From sequence record SRR22947727_4435: a DNA stretch of 64,000 bases. One strand, given 5' to 3'. Position 1 is the stretch's first letter, and every line of letters starts with the position of its first letter. Made by a program: the position numbers and the translations under genes. Shown in pieces: positions 40,242-50,784 of this stretch. The notes under the pieces were generated by a model, which saw only the letters and a list, made by a program, of their open reading frames with translations, was not told where the DNA came from and made no database searches.

Positions 40242-41784
40242 GGGGCAAGCCCGCCAAGCCCACGATGAAGACGATGCCGAGGCCAAGGCGCAGGGCCTGG
40301 AGTTTGCTTGCCGCGTAGTCGTCGACCACCTCGGCGGCTTGATCCGCGGGAACTCCTTGGTCTTCGAGGAGAGTTTGCGCCTGCTGAACGGTAATGACCT
40401 GCACCCCGCTGGCGGCCGCCTGTGTCACCCCTTGTTGCAGGGCTGTGTTGATGTCGTCGTTGTCGGAGACTGCCGTGGTGAAGCTCGCTGCCAAGCCGAT
40501 GAAGACCGCCGTTCCGGCGAGCGCAACGCCGAGGGAGGAGCCGAGATTCTGGGCGGTGCCCTGCAACCCTCCGACTTCGTTGCTTCGAGACTCGTCGGCT
40601 GAAGAAAGATTCACGTTACCGATCTGGGAGATGGCGAGCCCGACGCCAAGGCCGATGACCGCCATGGCAATCGCGAACAAGGTGCCTCGAGCATCGGGCG
40701 TAATCGCACCAATAAGCAGCAGTAGTCCTAGGCACGCGGTGACGATGCCGAGGCGGATGAGTATTCGAGGCGAGTACCGGGTGGCCAGGCGGGAACCGGC
40801 GAGGGCCATGAAGAACAACGCGACCGACAGCGGCAGCATGCGAATACCTGACTCGAGAGCATCCAGATTCAATACTGTTTGCAGATAGAGCGGAAGCACG
40901 AAGAACGATCCGGCGATGATGAAGTACAGGATCATCTGAGAAGCCAACCCAGAACGCAAAGTGCTGATCCCGAGCAAGTCTGTTCCCACGAGCGGCTCGC
41001 CACCGTTGGCGCTGACGCGCCGCTCCCACCAAAAGAAAACCCATCCGACCGCCAGGCCGCATAGAACCAGCGGGATGGTCGGCGCGAAACCGAACACTTC
41101 GAAGGGCGGATTGAGAGGACGGATAAAGCCCCAAGAACTTGCCGACACCAACGCTAGGACAACGACACCCATGGACAATGCCGAGAGCACGACGCCGGTC
41201 AGGTCGAAGCGAGACGATCGAGACGGCACCGGCAGATCCTTGATTTTGCCGCTCAGCGGCAAGATCAGCAGCACGATCATGATGGTCTCTGCACCGAAGA
41301 CCCAACGCCAGCTGAAGTACGTGGTCACCCAGCCACCGATCAAAGGCCCAGCGGCCGCGGCGGCTCCGGCGACGCCACCGAGGAGTGCGTAGGCGACCGC
41401 TCGGTCTTTCCCTGAGTAGTTGACGGCGGCCAGCGCAGCGATGGCGGGGATCACCAGGGCTGCTCCGATTCCCTCAATGATGGACCACCCGATGAACAGC
41501 ATTCCGAATCCGCTCGCTAGAGCGGTGGTCATCGACCCCACGGCGTAGATGATGGTGCCGATGACGAAGGCGCGTCGACGGCCGATTCGCGCTCCAATGC
41601 CAGCGCCGGCGAGCATGAGTGCAGCCATGGTCAGCGTGAACGTCGCGATGGCGAGTTGCATGGAGCTCACGGTGGTGTTCAAGTCCGCCACCACAACGGT
41701 GATGGACACATTCATGACCGTGCCGTCGATGACCATGACGAACTGAGCAAGCCCGAGAACCAGTATCGGCAGCCACTTGCGCAC
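40183..41784 (-). CDS. MFS transporter, 14-TMS EmrB/QacA-like
   Basis: QFVMVIDGTVMNV, RIGRRR, GPLIGG..T..FSWRW. Confidence 0.92.
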   Translation of the reverse strand: MRKWLPILVLGLAQFVMVIDGTVMNVSITVVVADLNTTVSSMQLAIATFTLTMAALMLAGAGIGARIGRRRAFVIGTIIYAVGSMTTALASGFGMLFIGWSIIEGIGAALVIPAIAALAAVNYSGKDRAVAYALLGGVAGAAAAAGPLIGGWVTTYFSWRWVFGAETIMIVLLILPLSGKIKDLPVPSRSSRFDLTGVVLSALSMGVVVLALVSASSWGFIRPLNPPFEVFGFAPTIPLVLCGLAVGWVFFWWERRVSANGGEPLVGTDLLGISTLRSGLASQMILYFIIAGSFFVLPLYLQTVLNLDALESGIRMLPLSVALFFMALAGSRLATRYSPRILIRLGIVTACLGLLLLIGAITPDARGTLFAIAMAVIGLGVGLAISQIGNVNLSSADESRSNEVGGLQGTAQNLGSSLGVALAGTAVFIGLAASFTTAVSDNDDINTALQQGVTQAAASGVQVITVQQAQTLLEDQGVPADQAAEVVDDYAASKLQALRLGLGIVFIVGLAGLPLTRGLPRETLTSSPQPEAG

Positions 41785-41876
41785 GGGGTGAACTTACCGG
41801 CCGGTTGTGGTGAAGTGTTCGATCTGGTGCAGTTGATCGTGTTCGCGTCCTAATGAGGGTGAATAGGCTCTGCCGC

Positions 41877-42779
41877 GTGAGCCCACGAGTCGCGATCATC
41901 GGTGTCTTCGATGGTGTGCACCGCGGCCACCAAGCCTTAATCGAGCAAGCGCGATCCCTCGTCGGAGCCGGGGGAGTCGTGGCGCTTACCTTCGACCCGC
42001 ACCCGATGACCGTGGTCAAGCCGGACATAGCGCCGCTGATGCTCGGTTCCATCGACGATCGAATCGAGCGGCTTACCGCGGCAGGCGTCGATGAGGTCGT
42101 CGTCGTGGACTTCACCAGCGCGGTCAGCGAGCAGTCACCGGAGGAATTCGTCCGCGAGTTCGTTCACCAACGAGCGCGCGCGAACGTCGTTGTGGTCGGC
42201 GATAATTTCCGCTTCGGGCATCGAGCGCTCGGCGATGCCCACACGCTGGAAGAACTCGGTGGCACCTACGGGTTCTCGGTGCACGACGTCGATCTTCGCG
42301 GCGATGCCCAGACCTACTCGTCCACCCGCGCTCGAGAAGCGTTGCTTGATGGCGACCTGGCCACCGTGGCACAGGTACTCGGGCGCCCCTTCAGTTACCG
42401 CGGCGTCGTTGTCCACGGCGATCACCGGGGACGCACCCTGGGTGTGCCGACGGCCAACATCAACATCGCTGCCGATCGCGCCGCACCCGCCGATGGTGTC
42501 TACGCGGGCAGGGTTCAACTGCCCGGCACCCAGGGCCCGCCAAGGACGGCCGCCATCTCGGTGGGAAGCAATCCGCAGTACGCGGGCACCGAACGCAGGA
42601 TCGAAGCGCACGTGCTGGATGAAGACGATCTTGACCTCTACGACCAGGAGATCGACGTGGAGTTCCTGACCCGCCTGCGCGGACAGCAGGTATTCGACTC
42701 CGAAGCGGCCTTCATCGAGCAGATGCAGGCCGATATTCGAGCCGCCCGGGCGATCGGGGAGGCGCCGGAGGTCTCCTGA
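41877..42779 (+). CDS. ribF: Bifunctional riboflavin kinase/FAD synthetase
   Basis: IGVFDGVHRGH, VGDNFRFG, SSTRAR, GRTLGVPTAN, IEAHVLD. Confidence 0.96.
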   Translation: MSPRVAIIGVFDGVHRGHQALIEQARSLVGAGGVVALTFDPHPMTVVKPDIAPLMLGSIDDRIERLTAAGVDEVVVVDFTSAVSEQSPEEFVREFVHQRARANVVVVGDNFRFGHRALGDAHTLEELGGTYGFSVHDVDLRGDAQTYSSTRAREALLDGDLATVAQVLGRPFSYRGVVVHGDHRGRTLGVPTANINIAADRAAPADGVYAGRVQLPGTQGPPRTAAISVGSNPQYAGTERRIEAHVLDEDDLDLYDQEIDVEFLTRLRGQQVFDSEAAFIEQMQADIRAARAIGEAPEVS

Positions 42780-42882
42780 TACGCTCAACTCCGACGGTTG
42801 CTGGGCGGGCGCTCAGCGACTCGTGACTAGGCCGCATGGTGCGGCCATCGCCGGTTCGCCGGCGCGCCCGAGAGGAATGTGA
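42777..42882 (+). promoter_or_regulatory. rpsO promoter and structured 5' leader (candidate S15 autoregulatory RNA)
   Basis: TGn-TACGCT extended -10 at 42777-42785, then three hairpins: GTTGCTGGGC/GCTCAGCGAC, GGCCGCA/TGCGGCC, CGCCGG-TTCG-CCGGCG. Confidence 0.55.
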
Positions 42883-43152
42883 ATGTCGCTCGACGCCAAG
42901 ACCAAGTCCGAGATCATCGCGGAATACGCGACCGGCCCCGGCGATACCGGCAGCCCCGAGGTGCAGATCGCACTCTTGACCGAGCGCATCAGCCAGCTGA
43001 CCGAACACTTGAAGACCCACCCCCACGACCACCACAGCCGTCGCGGCTTGCTGATCCTCGTCGGTCAGCGTCGTCGGCTGCTGAAGTACCTGACTAAGAC
43101 GGACATCAACCGGTACCGCTCGATCATCGAGCGGGTCGGCATCCGTCGCTAG
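42883..43152 (+). CDS. rpsO: 30S ribosomal protein S15
   Basis: [34 protein letters not shown]. Confidence 0.99.
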   Translation: MSLDAKTKSEIIAEYATGPGDTGSPEVQIALLTERISQLTEHLKTHPHDHHSRRGLLILVGQRRRLLKYLTKTDINRYRSIIERVGIRR

Positions 43153-43206
43153 GTCCCAACCCATGGGTGTCAACCCAGCCCCGTGCTGGGTCGACATTCA
43201 CCAAAC

Positions 43207-43235
43207 GCGTTCGTGCACGACACGTGCACGAACGC
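43207..43235. terminator. Perfect 13-bp hairpin in the rpsO-pnp spacer (terminator or processing site)
   Basis: GCGTTCGTGCACG-ACA-CGTGCACGAACGC; no U-tract. Confidence 0.5.
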
Positions 43236-43293
43236 ACCACACAACCGAATAACTCACCAGTAAGGATCCGGGGCGCTACGGAAGCGTCGTCGT

Positions 43294-43351
43294 CGGTCCT
43301 CGGTAGTGGCTCCCGTGGGGATGAATCCCCGAGGGCCTCGATCGGAGACCG
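43294..43351 (+). ncRNA. Actino-pnp-like leader RNA motif
   Basis: CGGTCCTCGGTAGTGGC...GCCTCGATCGGAGACCG closing stem with internal GGGGAT/ATCCCC hairpin, directly 5' of pnp; recognised from memory of the motif. Confidence 0.7.
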
Positions 43352-43404
43352 CCACCGGACGTCTGCCGTGGTTGCCCCTGTCCATTTCAGAACAGGAGGC
43401 ACCC

Positions 43405-45606
43405 GTGTCGGGTACCCAGATCTCGACGGCCGAGGCCGTCATTGACAACGGTGCGCATGGAACGCGCACCGTTACCTTCGAGACCGGTCGACTCGCTCGA
43501 CAGGCAGCAGGATCAGTCACCGTCTCCCTGGACGGCGGCACCTTGCTGCTGAGCGCCACGACGGCATCGAAGAATCCGAAAGACCAACTCGACTTCTTCC
43601 CACTGACCGTGGACGTCGAGGAGCGCATGTATTCCGTGGGTCGCATCCCCGGATCGTTCTTCCGGCGCGAAGGACGCCCCACCGAGGACGCGATTCTCAC
43701 CTGTCGATTGATCGACCGTCCGCTCCGGCCGACCTTCAAGAAGGGCCTGCGTAACGAGGTCCAGGTTGTCGTCACGGTCATGTCGCTCAACCCCAATGAC
43801 CTGTACGACGTTGTTGCCATTAACGGGGCTTCCGCGTCCACGCAACTGTCGGGGCTGCCGTTCAGCGGACCCGTCGGCGGTGTGCGCATCGCCCTGATCG
43901 ACGGTCAGTGGGTCGGCTTCCCGACGCACGAGCAGCTCGAGACGGCCGTGTTCGACATGGTCGTGGCCGGTCGGGTAGCCGGGGACGACGTCGCCATCAT
44001 GATGGTCGAGGCCGAGGCCACCGACAAGACGATTGACCTCGTTGCCGTGGGTGCGCAAGCTCCGACGGAGGAGATCGTCGGCGCGGGCCTGGATGCTGCG
44101 AAGCCGTTCATTCGCGCGCTATGTGACGCGCAGCAGGAGTTGGCCGACGCGGCGGCGAAGCCCGTCGCGGATTACCCGGTCTTCCTGGAGTTCGAAGACG
44201 ACGTCTACGACGCCGTGGAGCGCCTCGCTATCGCGGATGTGCGTGATGCTCTCGTCATCGTGGAGAAGGCTCCTCGCGAAGCACGTCTGGACGACATCAA
44301 GACGACCGTGGTCGCCGAGTTGGTCGCGAACTTCGAAGGCCGGGAGAAGGAACTCTCCGCAGCGTTCCGAGCCGTCACCAAGACGGCGGTACGCGACCGT
44401 GTTCTTCGTGACAAGGTCCGCATCGACGGACGAGGACTCACCGACATTCGTGCACTGAGCGCCGAGGTGGACATCCTGCCGCGGACCCATGGCTCTGCAC
44501 TGTTCGAGCGCGGAGAAACGCAAATTCTGGGCGTGACGACTCTGAACATGCTGCGCATGGAGCAGCTGTTGGACACCTTGAATCCGGACAACCGCAAGCG
44601 GTACATGCACAACTACAACTTCCCGCCGTACAGCACCGGCGAAACTGGTCGGGTCGGGTCGCCCAAGCGACGCGAAATCGGACACGGTGCGCTCGCCGAA
44701 CGCGCCCTGCTGCCCGTCCTGCCGACCCGTGAGGAGTTCCCCTACGCGATCCGGCAGGTGTCCGAGGCTCTCGGCTCCAACGGCTCGACATCCATGGGCT
44801 CGGTGTGCGCATCGACCATGGCGCTGCTGAACGCGGGCGTTCCGTTGAAGGCGCCTGTCGCGGGTATCGCGATGGGGCTCATCTCCGGTAACGTCGACGG
44901 CTCGACGGAGTACGTGACGTTAACCGACATCTTGGGCGCTGAGGATGCCTACGGCGACATGGACTTCAAGGTCGCCGGCACCCGCGAGTTCGTCACCGCC
45001 CTGCAGCTGGACACCAAGTTGGATGGGATTCCTGCGGATATTCTCGCGGGCGCTCTGACCCAGGCTCGGGACGCGCGGATGACGATTCTCGACGTGATGA
45101 ACGAGGCGATCGATGCCCCGGACGAGATGGCGGATACGGCACCGCGGGTTATCTCGGTGAAGGTCCCCGTCGACAAGATCGGCGAGGTGATCGGGCCGAA
45201 GGGCAAGATCATCAACCAGATCCAGGAAGACACCGGCGCCGACATCACCATTGAGGACGACGGCACGATCTACATCGGTGCGACGGACGGCACTTCCGCC
45301 GAAGCGGCGCGGACGGCGATCAACAACATCGCCAATCCGACGATGCCCGAGGTGGGTGAGCGGTACCTGGGAACGGTGGTCAAGACGACCAATTTCGGTG
45401 CCTTCATCTCCCTGGTTCCGGGTAAGGACGGACTGCTCCATATCTCCGAGGTGAAGAAGTTGACCGACAAGAAGCGCATCGAAACCGTCGAAGAGGTGCT
45501 GAACGTCGGCGACAAGGTGCAGGTGGAGATCAAGGAGATCGATCAGCGCGGCAAGTTGTCTCTGGCCCCGGTGCTTGAGAACAGCGGCGAGTCCACCGAG
45601 GCGTGA
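43405..45606 (+). CDS. pnp: Polyribonucleotide nucleotidyltransferase
   Basis: [41 protein letters not shown] and S1 domains; SD AGGAGG. Confidence 0.99.
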   Translation: MSGTQISTAEAVIDNGAHGTRTVTFETGRLARQAAGSVTVSLDGGTLLLSATTASKNPKDQLDFFPLTVDVEERMYSVGRIPGSFFRREGRPTEDAILTCRLIDRPLRPTFKKGLRNEVQVVVTVMSLNPNDLYDVVAINGASASTQLSGLPFSGPVGGVRIALIDGQWVGFPTHEQLETAVFDMVVAGRVAGDDVAIMMVEAEATDKTIDLVAVGAQAPTEEIVGAGLDAAKPFIRALCDAQQELADAAAKPVADYPVFLEFEDDVYDAVERLAIADVRDALVIVEKAPREARLDDIKTTVVAELVANFEGREKELSAAFRAVTKTAVRDRVLRDKVRIDGRGLTDIRALSAEVDILPRTHGSALFERGETQILGVTTLNMLRMEQLLDTLNPDNRKRYMHNYNFPPYSTGETGRVGSPKRREIGHGALAERALLPVLPTREEFPYAIRQVSEALGSNGSTSMGSVCASTMALLNAGVPLKAPVAGIAMGLISGNVDGSTEYVTLTDILGAEDAYGDMDFKVAGTREFVTALQLDTKLDGIPADILAGALTQARDARMTILDVMNEAIDAPDEMADTAPRVISVKVPVDKIGEVIGPKGKIINQIQEDTGADITIEDDGTIYIGATDGTSAEAARTAINNIANPTMPEVGERYLGTVVKTTNFGAFISLVPGKDGLLHISEVKKLTDKKRIETVEEVLNVGDKVQVEIKEIDQRGKLSLAPVLENSGESTEA

Positions 45607-45609
45607 TCG

Positions 45610-46923
45610 TTGCCTAATCGCGCCCAGACCGCGACGCTTATTCGTGGTGCCGACGGGGGAGTGGTCAAGCGGACCACTCTCCCCGGCGGCCTGCGGGTCA
45701 TCACTGAGTACGTCCCGGGAGTTCGCTCGGTAGCCCTGGGCGTGTGGGTCGCGGCTGGTTCACGGGATGAGCCGGCATCCCAGATGGGCTCGGCCCACTT
45801 CCTCGAACACTTGCTGTTCAAGGGGACCGAATCTCGCGACGCCATGACGATCTCGGCAGAGATCGAGTCGGTGGGCGGTGATCTGAACGCGTTCACCACG
45901 AAAGAGCACACCTGCTATCACGCCCGAGTACTCGATGAGCATCTGCCGATGGCTCTCGATGTCGTATGTGATGTGGTGCTGCACGCGACGTTGACCGGCG
46001 ACGACATTGAAGCCGAGCGCTCGGTGATCTTCGAAGAGATCGCGATGTACGACGACGAGCCCGGCGAGTTGGTGCACGACGAATTCGCCCTGGCCATGTT
46101 CGGGGATTCACCGTTGGGCCGACCGATTCTTGGCACCGTCAACACCATCACAGCTCTGCCGCAGAACGCGATTCGTCGCTTCTACCGCAAGGCCTACACG
46201 CCGGATCGAATGGTTATCTCGGTGGCCGGAAACGTCGATCATGCCCAGGTCGTGCGCCAGATCCGGGAGATGTTCGCCGATCGGCTCGAGCCGTCGGTTG
46301 ACGCGGCACCGGCTCGACCCGCACGCAGGCGTCGGTGGAAAGCCGACACGGTCCGCATCGTGAGCCGGGCGACCGAGCAGGCGCACGTGATGATGGGGAC
46401 ACCCGGGCTGGTTCGCGGGGATGAGCGACGCTACGCCGTGGCGGTTCTCAGTACTGCTCTGGGTGGTGGGATGAGTTCGCGCCTGTTTCAAGAAGTGCGC
46501 GAGAAGCGCGGCCTGGCGTACTCCGTCTTCGCCTACACCCAGTCGTTTGCCGACGCCGGAGTCTTCGGCATTTACACCGGGTGTTTGCCATCGAAGGCGG
46601 ACACGGTGATGGACGTGTGTGTGAGCGAGCTCCAATCTGTGGCGCGCGACGGCCTGACGCCGGAGGAACTCGAGCGGGCCAAGGGGCAGGTGAAAGGCTC
46701 CATGGTGCTGGGCCAAGAAGACCCAGGATCACGCATGTCTCGAAACGCGAAGTCCGAACTCAGCGGGGAGCCACTGGATGACATGAGCCGCGTCCTCGAT
46801 CGCGTCGATGCGGTGACCCGCGACGACGTCCATGCCGTCGCCACCGACCTATTCACCCAGAACTTCACCGTCGCGGCGATCGGGCCCTTCGATGCCGGCC
46901 GTACTTTCTCGGCCGTCGGGTAA
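45610..46923 (+). CDS. M16 (pitrilysin) Zn peptidase
   Basis: GSAHFLEHLLFKGT, NAFT, GGGMSSRLFQEVREKRGLAY; follows pnp. Confidence 0.94.
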   Translation: MPNRAQTATLIRGADGGVVKRTTLPGGLRVITEYVPGVRSVALGVWVAAGSRDEPASQMGSAHFLEHLLFKGTESRDAMTISAEIESVGGDLNAFTTKEHTCYHARVLDEHLPMALDVVCDVVLHATLTGDDIEAERSVIFEEIAMYDDEPGELVHDEFALAMFGDSPLGRPILGTVNTITALPQNAIRRFYRKAYTPDRMVISVAGNVDHAQVVRQIREMFADRLEPSVDAAPARPARRRRWKADTVRIVSRATEQAHVMMGTPGLVRGDERRYAVAVLSTALGGGMSSRLFQEVREKRGLAYSVFAYTQSFADAGVFGIYTGCLPSKADTVMDVCVSELQSVARDGLTPEELERAKGQVKGSMVLGQEDPGSRMSRNAKSELSGEPLDDMSRVLDRVDAVTRDDVHAVATDLFTQNFTVAAIGPFDAGRTFSAVG

Positions 46924-46927
46924 CGCC

Positions 46928-48028
46928 CTAGCCGAGGACGAACCCCCAGTCGACCGACGCCGTGACCGATGCGCCGGAGACCGCGTCGATGCGGACCGTG
47001 CCGTTGCCGGTCGTCGTCACCTGCGAGACCACGTCGAAGTCTGACCCCACCGGTGCGACCAGATGCGCGGTGCGCAGGTCCAGTTGGTGCTCGTCGTCGA
47101 ACGTCTGGAACGTCGCGATTCCGCGGTCGACCAAGGGATTGTCGAGAGAGGCTTCCGGTCCGATGGCGAAGTAGGAACACACGTCTTCTATCCCCATGCG
47201 CCCGACGTGGCGGCCCTGCCACGGGTCGGCGGTTCGCCCACCGTTGGTAATCCACAGCAACGTCATCGGCAGTCTTCGAACCGATTTGAGCGCGATCCAC
47301 ACATAATCCTCGACAACCATCGCCGACCACCCCAGGTCTCCCGCCTCGGGGTCGTTCACCAACATCACGAGATCTTCGTGGCCGGGCTCGGTCGGGTAGT
47401 GCGTCAGATTCAGGGTGGAACCGTCCATCCGAGGAACGGCCGCGAGGTCGGTGAATTCGGCCCCCGGCTGCAGCACCTGGGTCTCACCGCGTTCGGCTAG
47501 CGAGAACAGCGTCGGATGGACCGAGCAGTACCGCATGGGACTCGTGGACAACCGACCTGACCCCGGCGGGAGCGTGGAAAAGTCGAGCACCGGGTGGGTG
47601 CCGTAGTTCCACCGCCCCTGGAGTCCGTGCGAGCGCACCTGTTGGTAGAGAACCGCATCATTGTCGTTGACCGAGACGGTTTTGTGAATGTCGGCGTCCA
47701 GATCCGAGGCGCGCATCGAGAGGGTGACGCTGGAGGGTCCGTGGCGATCCACGTGCCATCGATTGTTCGCAACCTCTCCGTGGATGGGCCCAGCAGCCGT
47801 CTCGCCAAAAGGCATGCAGAAAAAGTCCCCGCGCAGGTGGGACAGGATCGGCTCCATGTCGGGGAAGTCCTGCGGTTGCCACGGTGGCAGGGAGTAGGGC
47901 CGAACCTCGCGGTCGCCCAACACGAAGGTGACCGGTGCGATGTGGCCACCAGTCAGCGTGATCTCTGCGGTGGCACGGGTACTGGCAATCGACACGGATT
48001 CGGCCCCGTGGACAGAGCGCAAATTCAT
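46928..48028 (-). CDS. Hypothetical protein, galactose-mutarotase/aldose-epimerase-like fold suspected
   Basis: 366 aa with SD-like AGGTGG; LRGDFFCMPFG, HGEVAN, YGTHP, GIED patterns; divergent from the sugar operon. Confidence 0.6.
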   Translation of the reverse strand: MNLRSVHGAESVSIASTRATAEITLTGGHIAPVTFVLGDREVRPYSLPPWQPQDFPDMEPILSHLRGDFFCMPFGETAAGPIHGEVANNRWHVDRHGPSSVTLSMRASDLDADIHKTVSVNDNDAVLYQQVRSHGLQGRWNYGTHPVLDFSTLPPGSGRLSTSPMRYCSVHPTLFSLAERGETQVLQPGAEFTDLAAVPRMDGSTLNLTHYPTEPGHEDLVMLVNDPEAGDLGWSAMVVEDYVWIALKSVRRLPMTLLWITNGGRTADPWQGRHVGRMGIEDVCSYFAIGPEASLDNPLVDRGIATFQTFDDEHQLDLRTAHLVAPVGSDFDVVSQVTTTGNGTVRIDAVSGASVTASVDWGFVLG

Positions 48029-48116
48029 CGCGATGCACCACCTTTGCTAAACGTCCGGTTGGATTGACCCTAGTGCGAAGTTCTTGGCGCGCGTTGAACC
48101 AGGAGAAAGGTCATCG

Positions 48117-48647
48117 ATGTCTACGCATCCGGTCTACGTGATCAGTGGGGTAGCTGGCAGTGGCAAGACCACACTCGCGCATGCGTGGGCTCCGACCATG
48201 GGCGCCGCAATCGTCGACCTCGACGTCGTCGCAGCGAACGTTGTGGACACGGCGTTGCACGAGCACCCCGAAGCAAGGCCGTGGCAGATCAACGCTGCCT
48301 ACCGGGTGCAGCGTTACCGATGCCTGATCGATGCGATCACATCCGAGCGGCGAAGCGCGACGGTGATGGCCGTTGCACCCTTCACGCAGGAAATTGCGGG
48401 CGAAGCACCGTGGTCGCAATTTGTTCGTGACATCGGAGGGGAGCCGGTGGACCTGGTCTGGATCCAGACGGGTGCGCGGGCCCTCAGCGAGCGGATCGCC
48501 CTGCGCGGCGCCGCTCGGGATGCAGGGCGTAGTGATGCGGCCGTCCCCAAACCTCCCCCTGGGGTGCCACACCATGCGGTGAACGGGGAACTTCCCGTTC
48601 CTGAGATCGTCGCTTCGCTTAGATCACGTTTTGATAACGAAGGGTGA
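48117..48647 (+). CDS. P-loop small-molecule kinase (gluconokinase/AAA_33-like)
   Basis: VISGVAGSGKTTLA, VDLD, APF, RIALRGAARD lid. Confidence 0.78.
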   Translation: MSTHPVYVISGVAGSGKTTLAHAWAPTMGAAIVDLDVVAANVVDTALHEHPEARPWQINAAYRVQRYRCLIDAITSERRSATVMAVAPFTQEIAGEAPWSQFVRDIGGEPVDLVWIQTGARALSERIALRGAARDAGRSDAAVPKPPPGVPHHAVNGELPVPEIVASLRSRFDNEG

Positions 48648-48699
48648 GACCGCTCGCCCGATGACACTCGAGGGGACAGACTCCCGTCACTACAAGAAT

Positions 48700-48736
48700 G
48701 ACAACGATTACCTAGGCGCGCGACATCGATTACCTA
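48700..48736 (+). promoter_or_regulatory. Tandem LacI-type operators
   Basis: GACAACGATTACCTA (48700-48714) and GACATCGATTACCTA (48722-48736): 14/15 identical, central CG, 22-bp period. Confidence 0.72.
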
Positions 48737-48751
48737 CGACAGGGAGGCCCG

Positions 48752-49756
48752 ATGGCGATAGTCGTCGTAAATCCCAATCCGGTCTTCGACAGGACCATCG
48801 TCGTCGAGCGATTGATTCCTGGAACGGTGATGCGGACCCTGGAGGTGGAGGTAACCGCCGGCGGCAAGGGTGTCAACGTGGCTCGGGCGCTGCGGGCGTT
48901 GCAGGTGCCCGTGACACTCATCGCCCCCGTAGGCAGGGACGATGGTCAGCGGTACGAGCGACTGCTGTCCGAGGAGGGAGCCGACGTCGAGGCTTTAGAA
49001 GTCAGTGGTTTCGTGCGCATCGCCAGTATCTATCGAGAGTCCGCCAGTCATCGAGTCACCGTCGTTAACGACGCCGGGCACCGGCTACCCGAAGCTGAAT
49101 GGGACGCCTTCGTCGAGTTCGCCACAGATCGGGTGCAGTCAGACGACCTGGTCCTGGTCATGGGTTCACTACCGGCCGGGCTGCCCGATGATGCCGCTGC
49201 GCGTCTCGTACGAGCCTGCCATGCCTGTGGAGCTCGGGTGATCCTCGATACCGCCCCGACGTGGCTTGCGTCCGCAATGTCTGCGCACCCCGACCTCGTC
49301 GCCCCGAATATTCACGAGGCCCACGCGGCTTGGACCTCGGCGGACACTTCCGTTTTCGATGATTCCACCTTGGATGACGCGAGCACCCGTGCAGAAGCCA
49401 TGGAGCTGGCCGACCGGTGTGCAGAGAAGACCACGCACATGGCGTGCGTCACCGCAGGGTCAGCGGGCGTTGCCTTCTCCAACGGTGACGAGCGCGGCTG
49501 GATCGATGCCCCGAGCGTGGACGTGGTGAGCGCAGTGGGGGCGGGAGACTCGTTCGTCGCGGGTCTTGCCGCACGGTGGCATCACGATCTGGAATCGGGT
49601 CGAGACGTCGATTGGGTGGCTGCGGTTGGTTTCGGCGTCGCCTGCGCGAGCGCTTCGTGTGAAGTGGTGCGTGCGGGTGGAGTCGAGCGATCTCGAGCAC
49701 TACACATCGCGGCCGAGATGGGCGTGGCGGAAGGCGAGGCGGTGGGGGCGCGATGA
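48752..49756 (+). CDS. PfkB kinase, 1-phosphofructokinase/tagatose-6-P kinase family
   Basis: NPNPVFDRT, AGGKGVNVAR, GSLP, PNIHEA, SAVGAGDSF. Confidence 0.9.
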   Translation: MAIVVVNPNPVFDRTIVVERLIPGTVMRTLEVEVTAGGKGVNVARALRALQVPVTLIAPVGRDDGQRYERLLSEEGADVEALEVSGFVRIASIYRESASHRVTVVNDAGHRLPEAEWDAFVEFATDRVQSDDLVLVMGSLPAGLPDDAAARLVRACHACGARVILDTAPTWLASAMSAHPDLVAPNIHEAHAAWTSADTSVFDDSTLDDASTRAEAMELADRCAEKTTHMACVTAGSAGVAFSNGDERGWIDAPSVDVVSAVGAGDSFVAGLAARWHHDLESGRDVDWVAAVGFGVACASASCEVVRAGGVERSRALHIAAEMGVAEGEAVGAR

Positions 49757-50784
49757 GTACGCAGTCCGTTCGCTTGGTTGATGTTGCCCAGCGCGCAGGC
49801 ACCAGCACCAAGACGGCGTCTCGGGTGCTCAATGGTGATCCGCGGGTAGCCGACGACACGCGGCGTCGGGTGCAAGACGCAATGAACGAGCTCGGGTATC
49901 ACGTGGACGTCCTCGCCCGCTCCCTGCGCACCGGTGTGGACGAGACCATCGCCGTGGTAGTTCCCACCATCGGTGACCCGTTCTTCGCAAGCATGATCGA
50001 AGAAATCGAGCGGGCCGCTTTCGAGGGCGGGATCAAAGTGCTCGTGGCCACGAACTCGCGCGATCCCCGGGAAGAGCAGCGGGTTATTGACAGTCTCTTG
50101 GCGCGACGCGTCGCCGGCATCATCGTCACTCCCTTCCTGGCCGACTACTCATTTCTCACGGCAGTGCGAACACCCGTGGTCTTCTTGGACCGTCGACCCG
50201 AAGGGCTGGATTCTGGAGCGGTTCTCGTTGATGACCGCGGATGGGCCAAGCAAGCGACCGAGCACCTGTGTCGGCATGGTCATCAGCGGATAGCCATCGT
50301 GGCGGACGACATCAGAATCAGGACCTCCGCCTATCGACTCGAGGGTTACCGGAGCGCACTGCGCGAGCGGTCCCTTGATGTGGACTCTCGCCTGGAAGCC
50401 CTGGACTGCGAGCAGGCCGACGACGCCTACCGGGCGACGCTCCAGCTACTCGACCTCGCGCAGCCGCCAACGGGGATATTCAGCGCCCGCTCGGAAACCA
50501 CCGTCGGCGTGATCAAGGCTTTGCACCATCAGAACCGAACAGATATAGCGTTGGTGTCTTTCGGGGATGTGGAGTTGGCGGACCTGGTCTCGCCTCCGGT
50601 CACCGTCGTTGACCACAGTGCTCGGACACTGGCGCGACGGGCACTGGATCGGCTGCGTGGACGGATGCACGGCGACGCGGATACCCCTGACGACGAGATC
50701 ATCGACATGACACTGATCGAACGCGGATCCGGTGAAATCCGCCCCAGGGTTGCCACGGCCCCAGCGGGGGGTGGTGTCCGGTGA
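49753..50784 (+). CDS. LacI-family regulator
   Basis: LVDVAQRAGTSTKTASRVLN, ARSLRTG, DPFF. Confidence 0.95.
   Translation: MSTQSVRLVDVAQRAGTSTKTASRVLNGDPRVADDTRRRVQDAMNELGYHVDVLARSLRTGVDETIAVVVPTIGDPFFASMIEEIERAAFEGGIKVLVATNSRDPREEQRVIDSLLARRVAGIIVTPFLADYSFLTAVRTPVVFLDRRPEGLDSGAVLVDDRGWAKQATEHLCRHGHQRIAIVADDIRIRTSAYRLEGYRSALRERSLDVDSRLEALDCEQADDAYRATLQLLDLAQPPTGIFSARSETTVGVIKALHHQNRTDIALVSFGDVELADLVSPPVTVVDHSARTLARRALDRLRGRMHGDADTPDDEIIDMTLIERGSGEIRPRVATAPAGGGVR

Noticed and set aside
48631-49068. 145-aa ORF spanning the operator region
   Set aside because: Overlaps pfkB out of frame and the operators, with no recognisable motifs.
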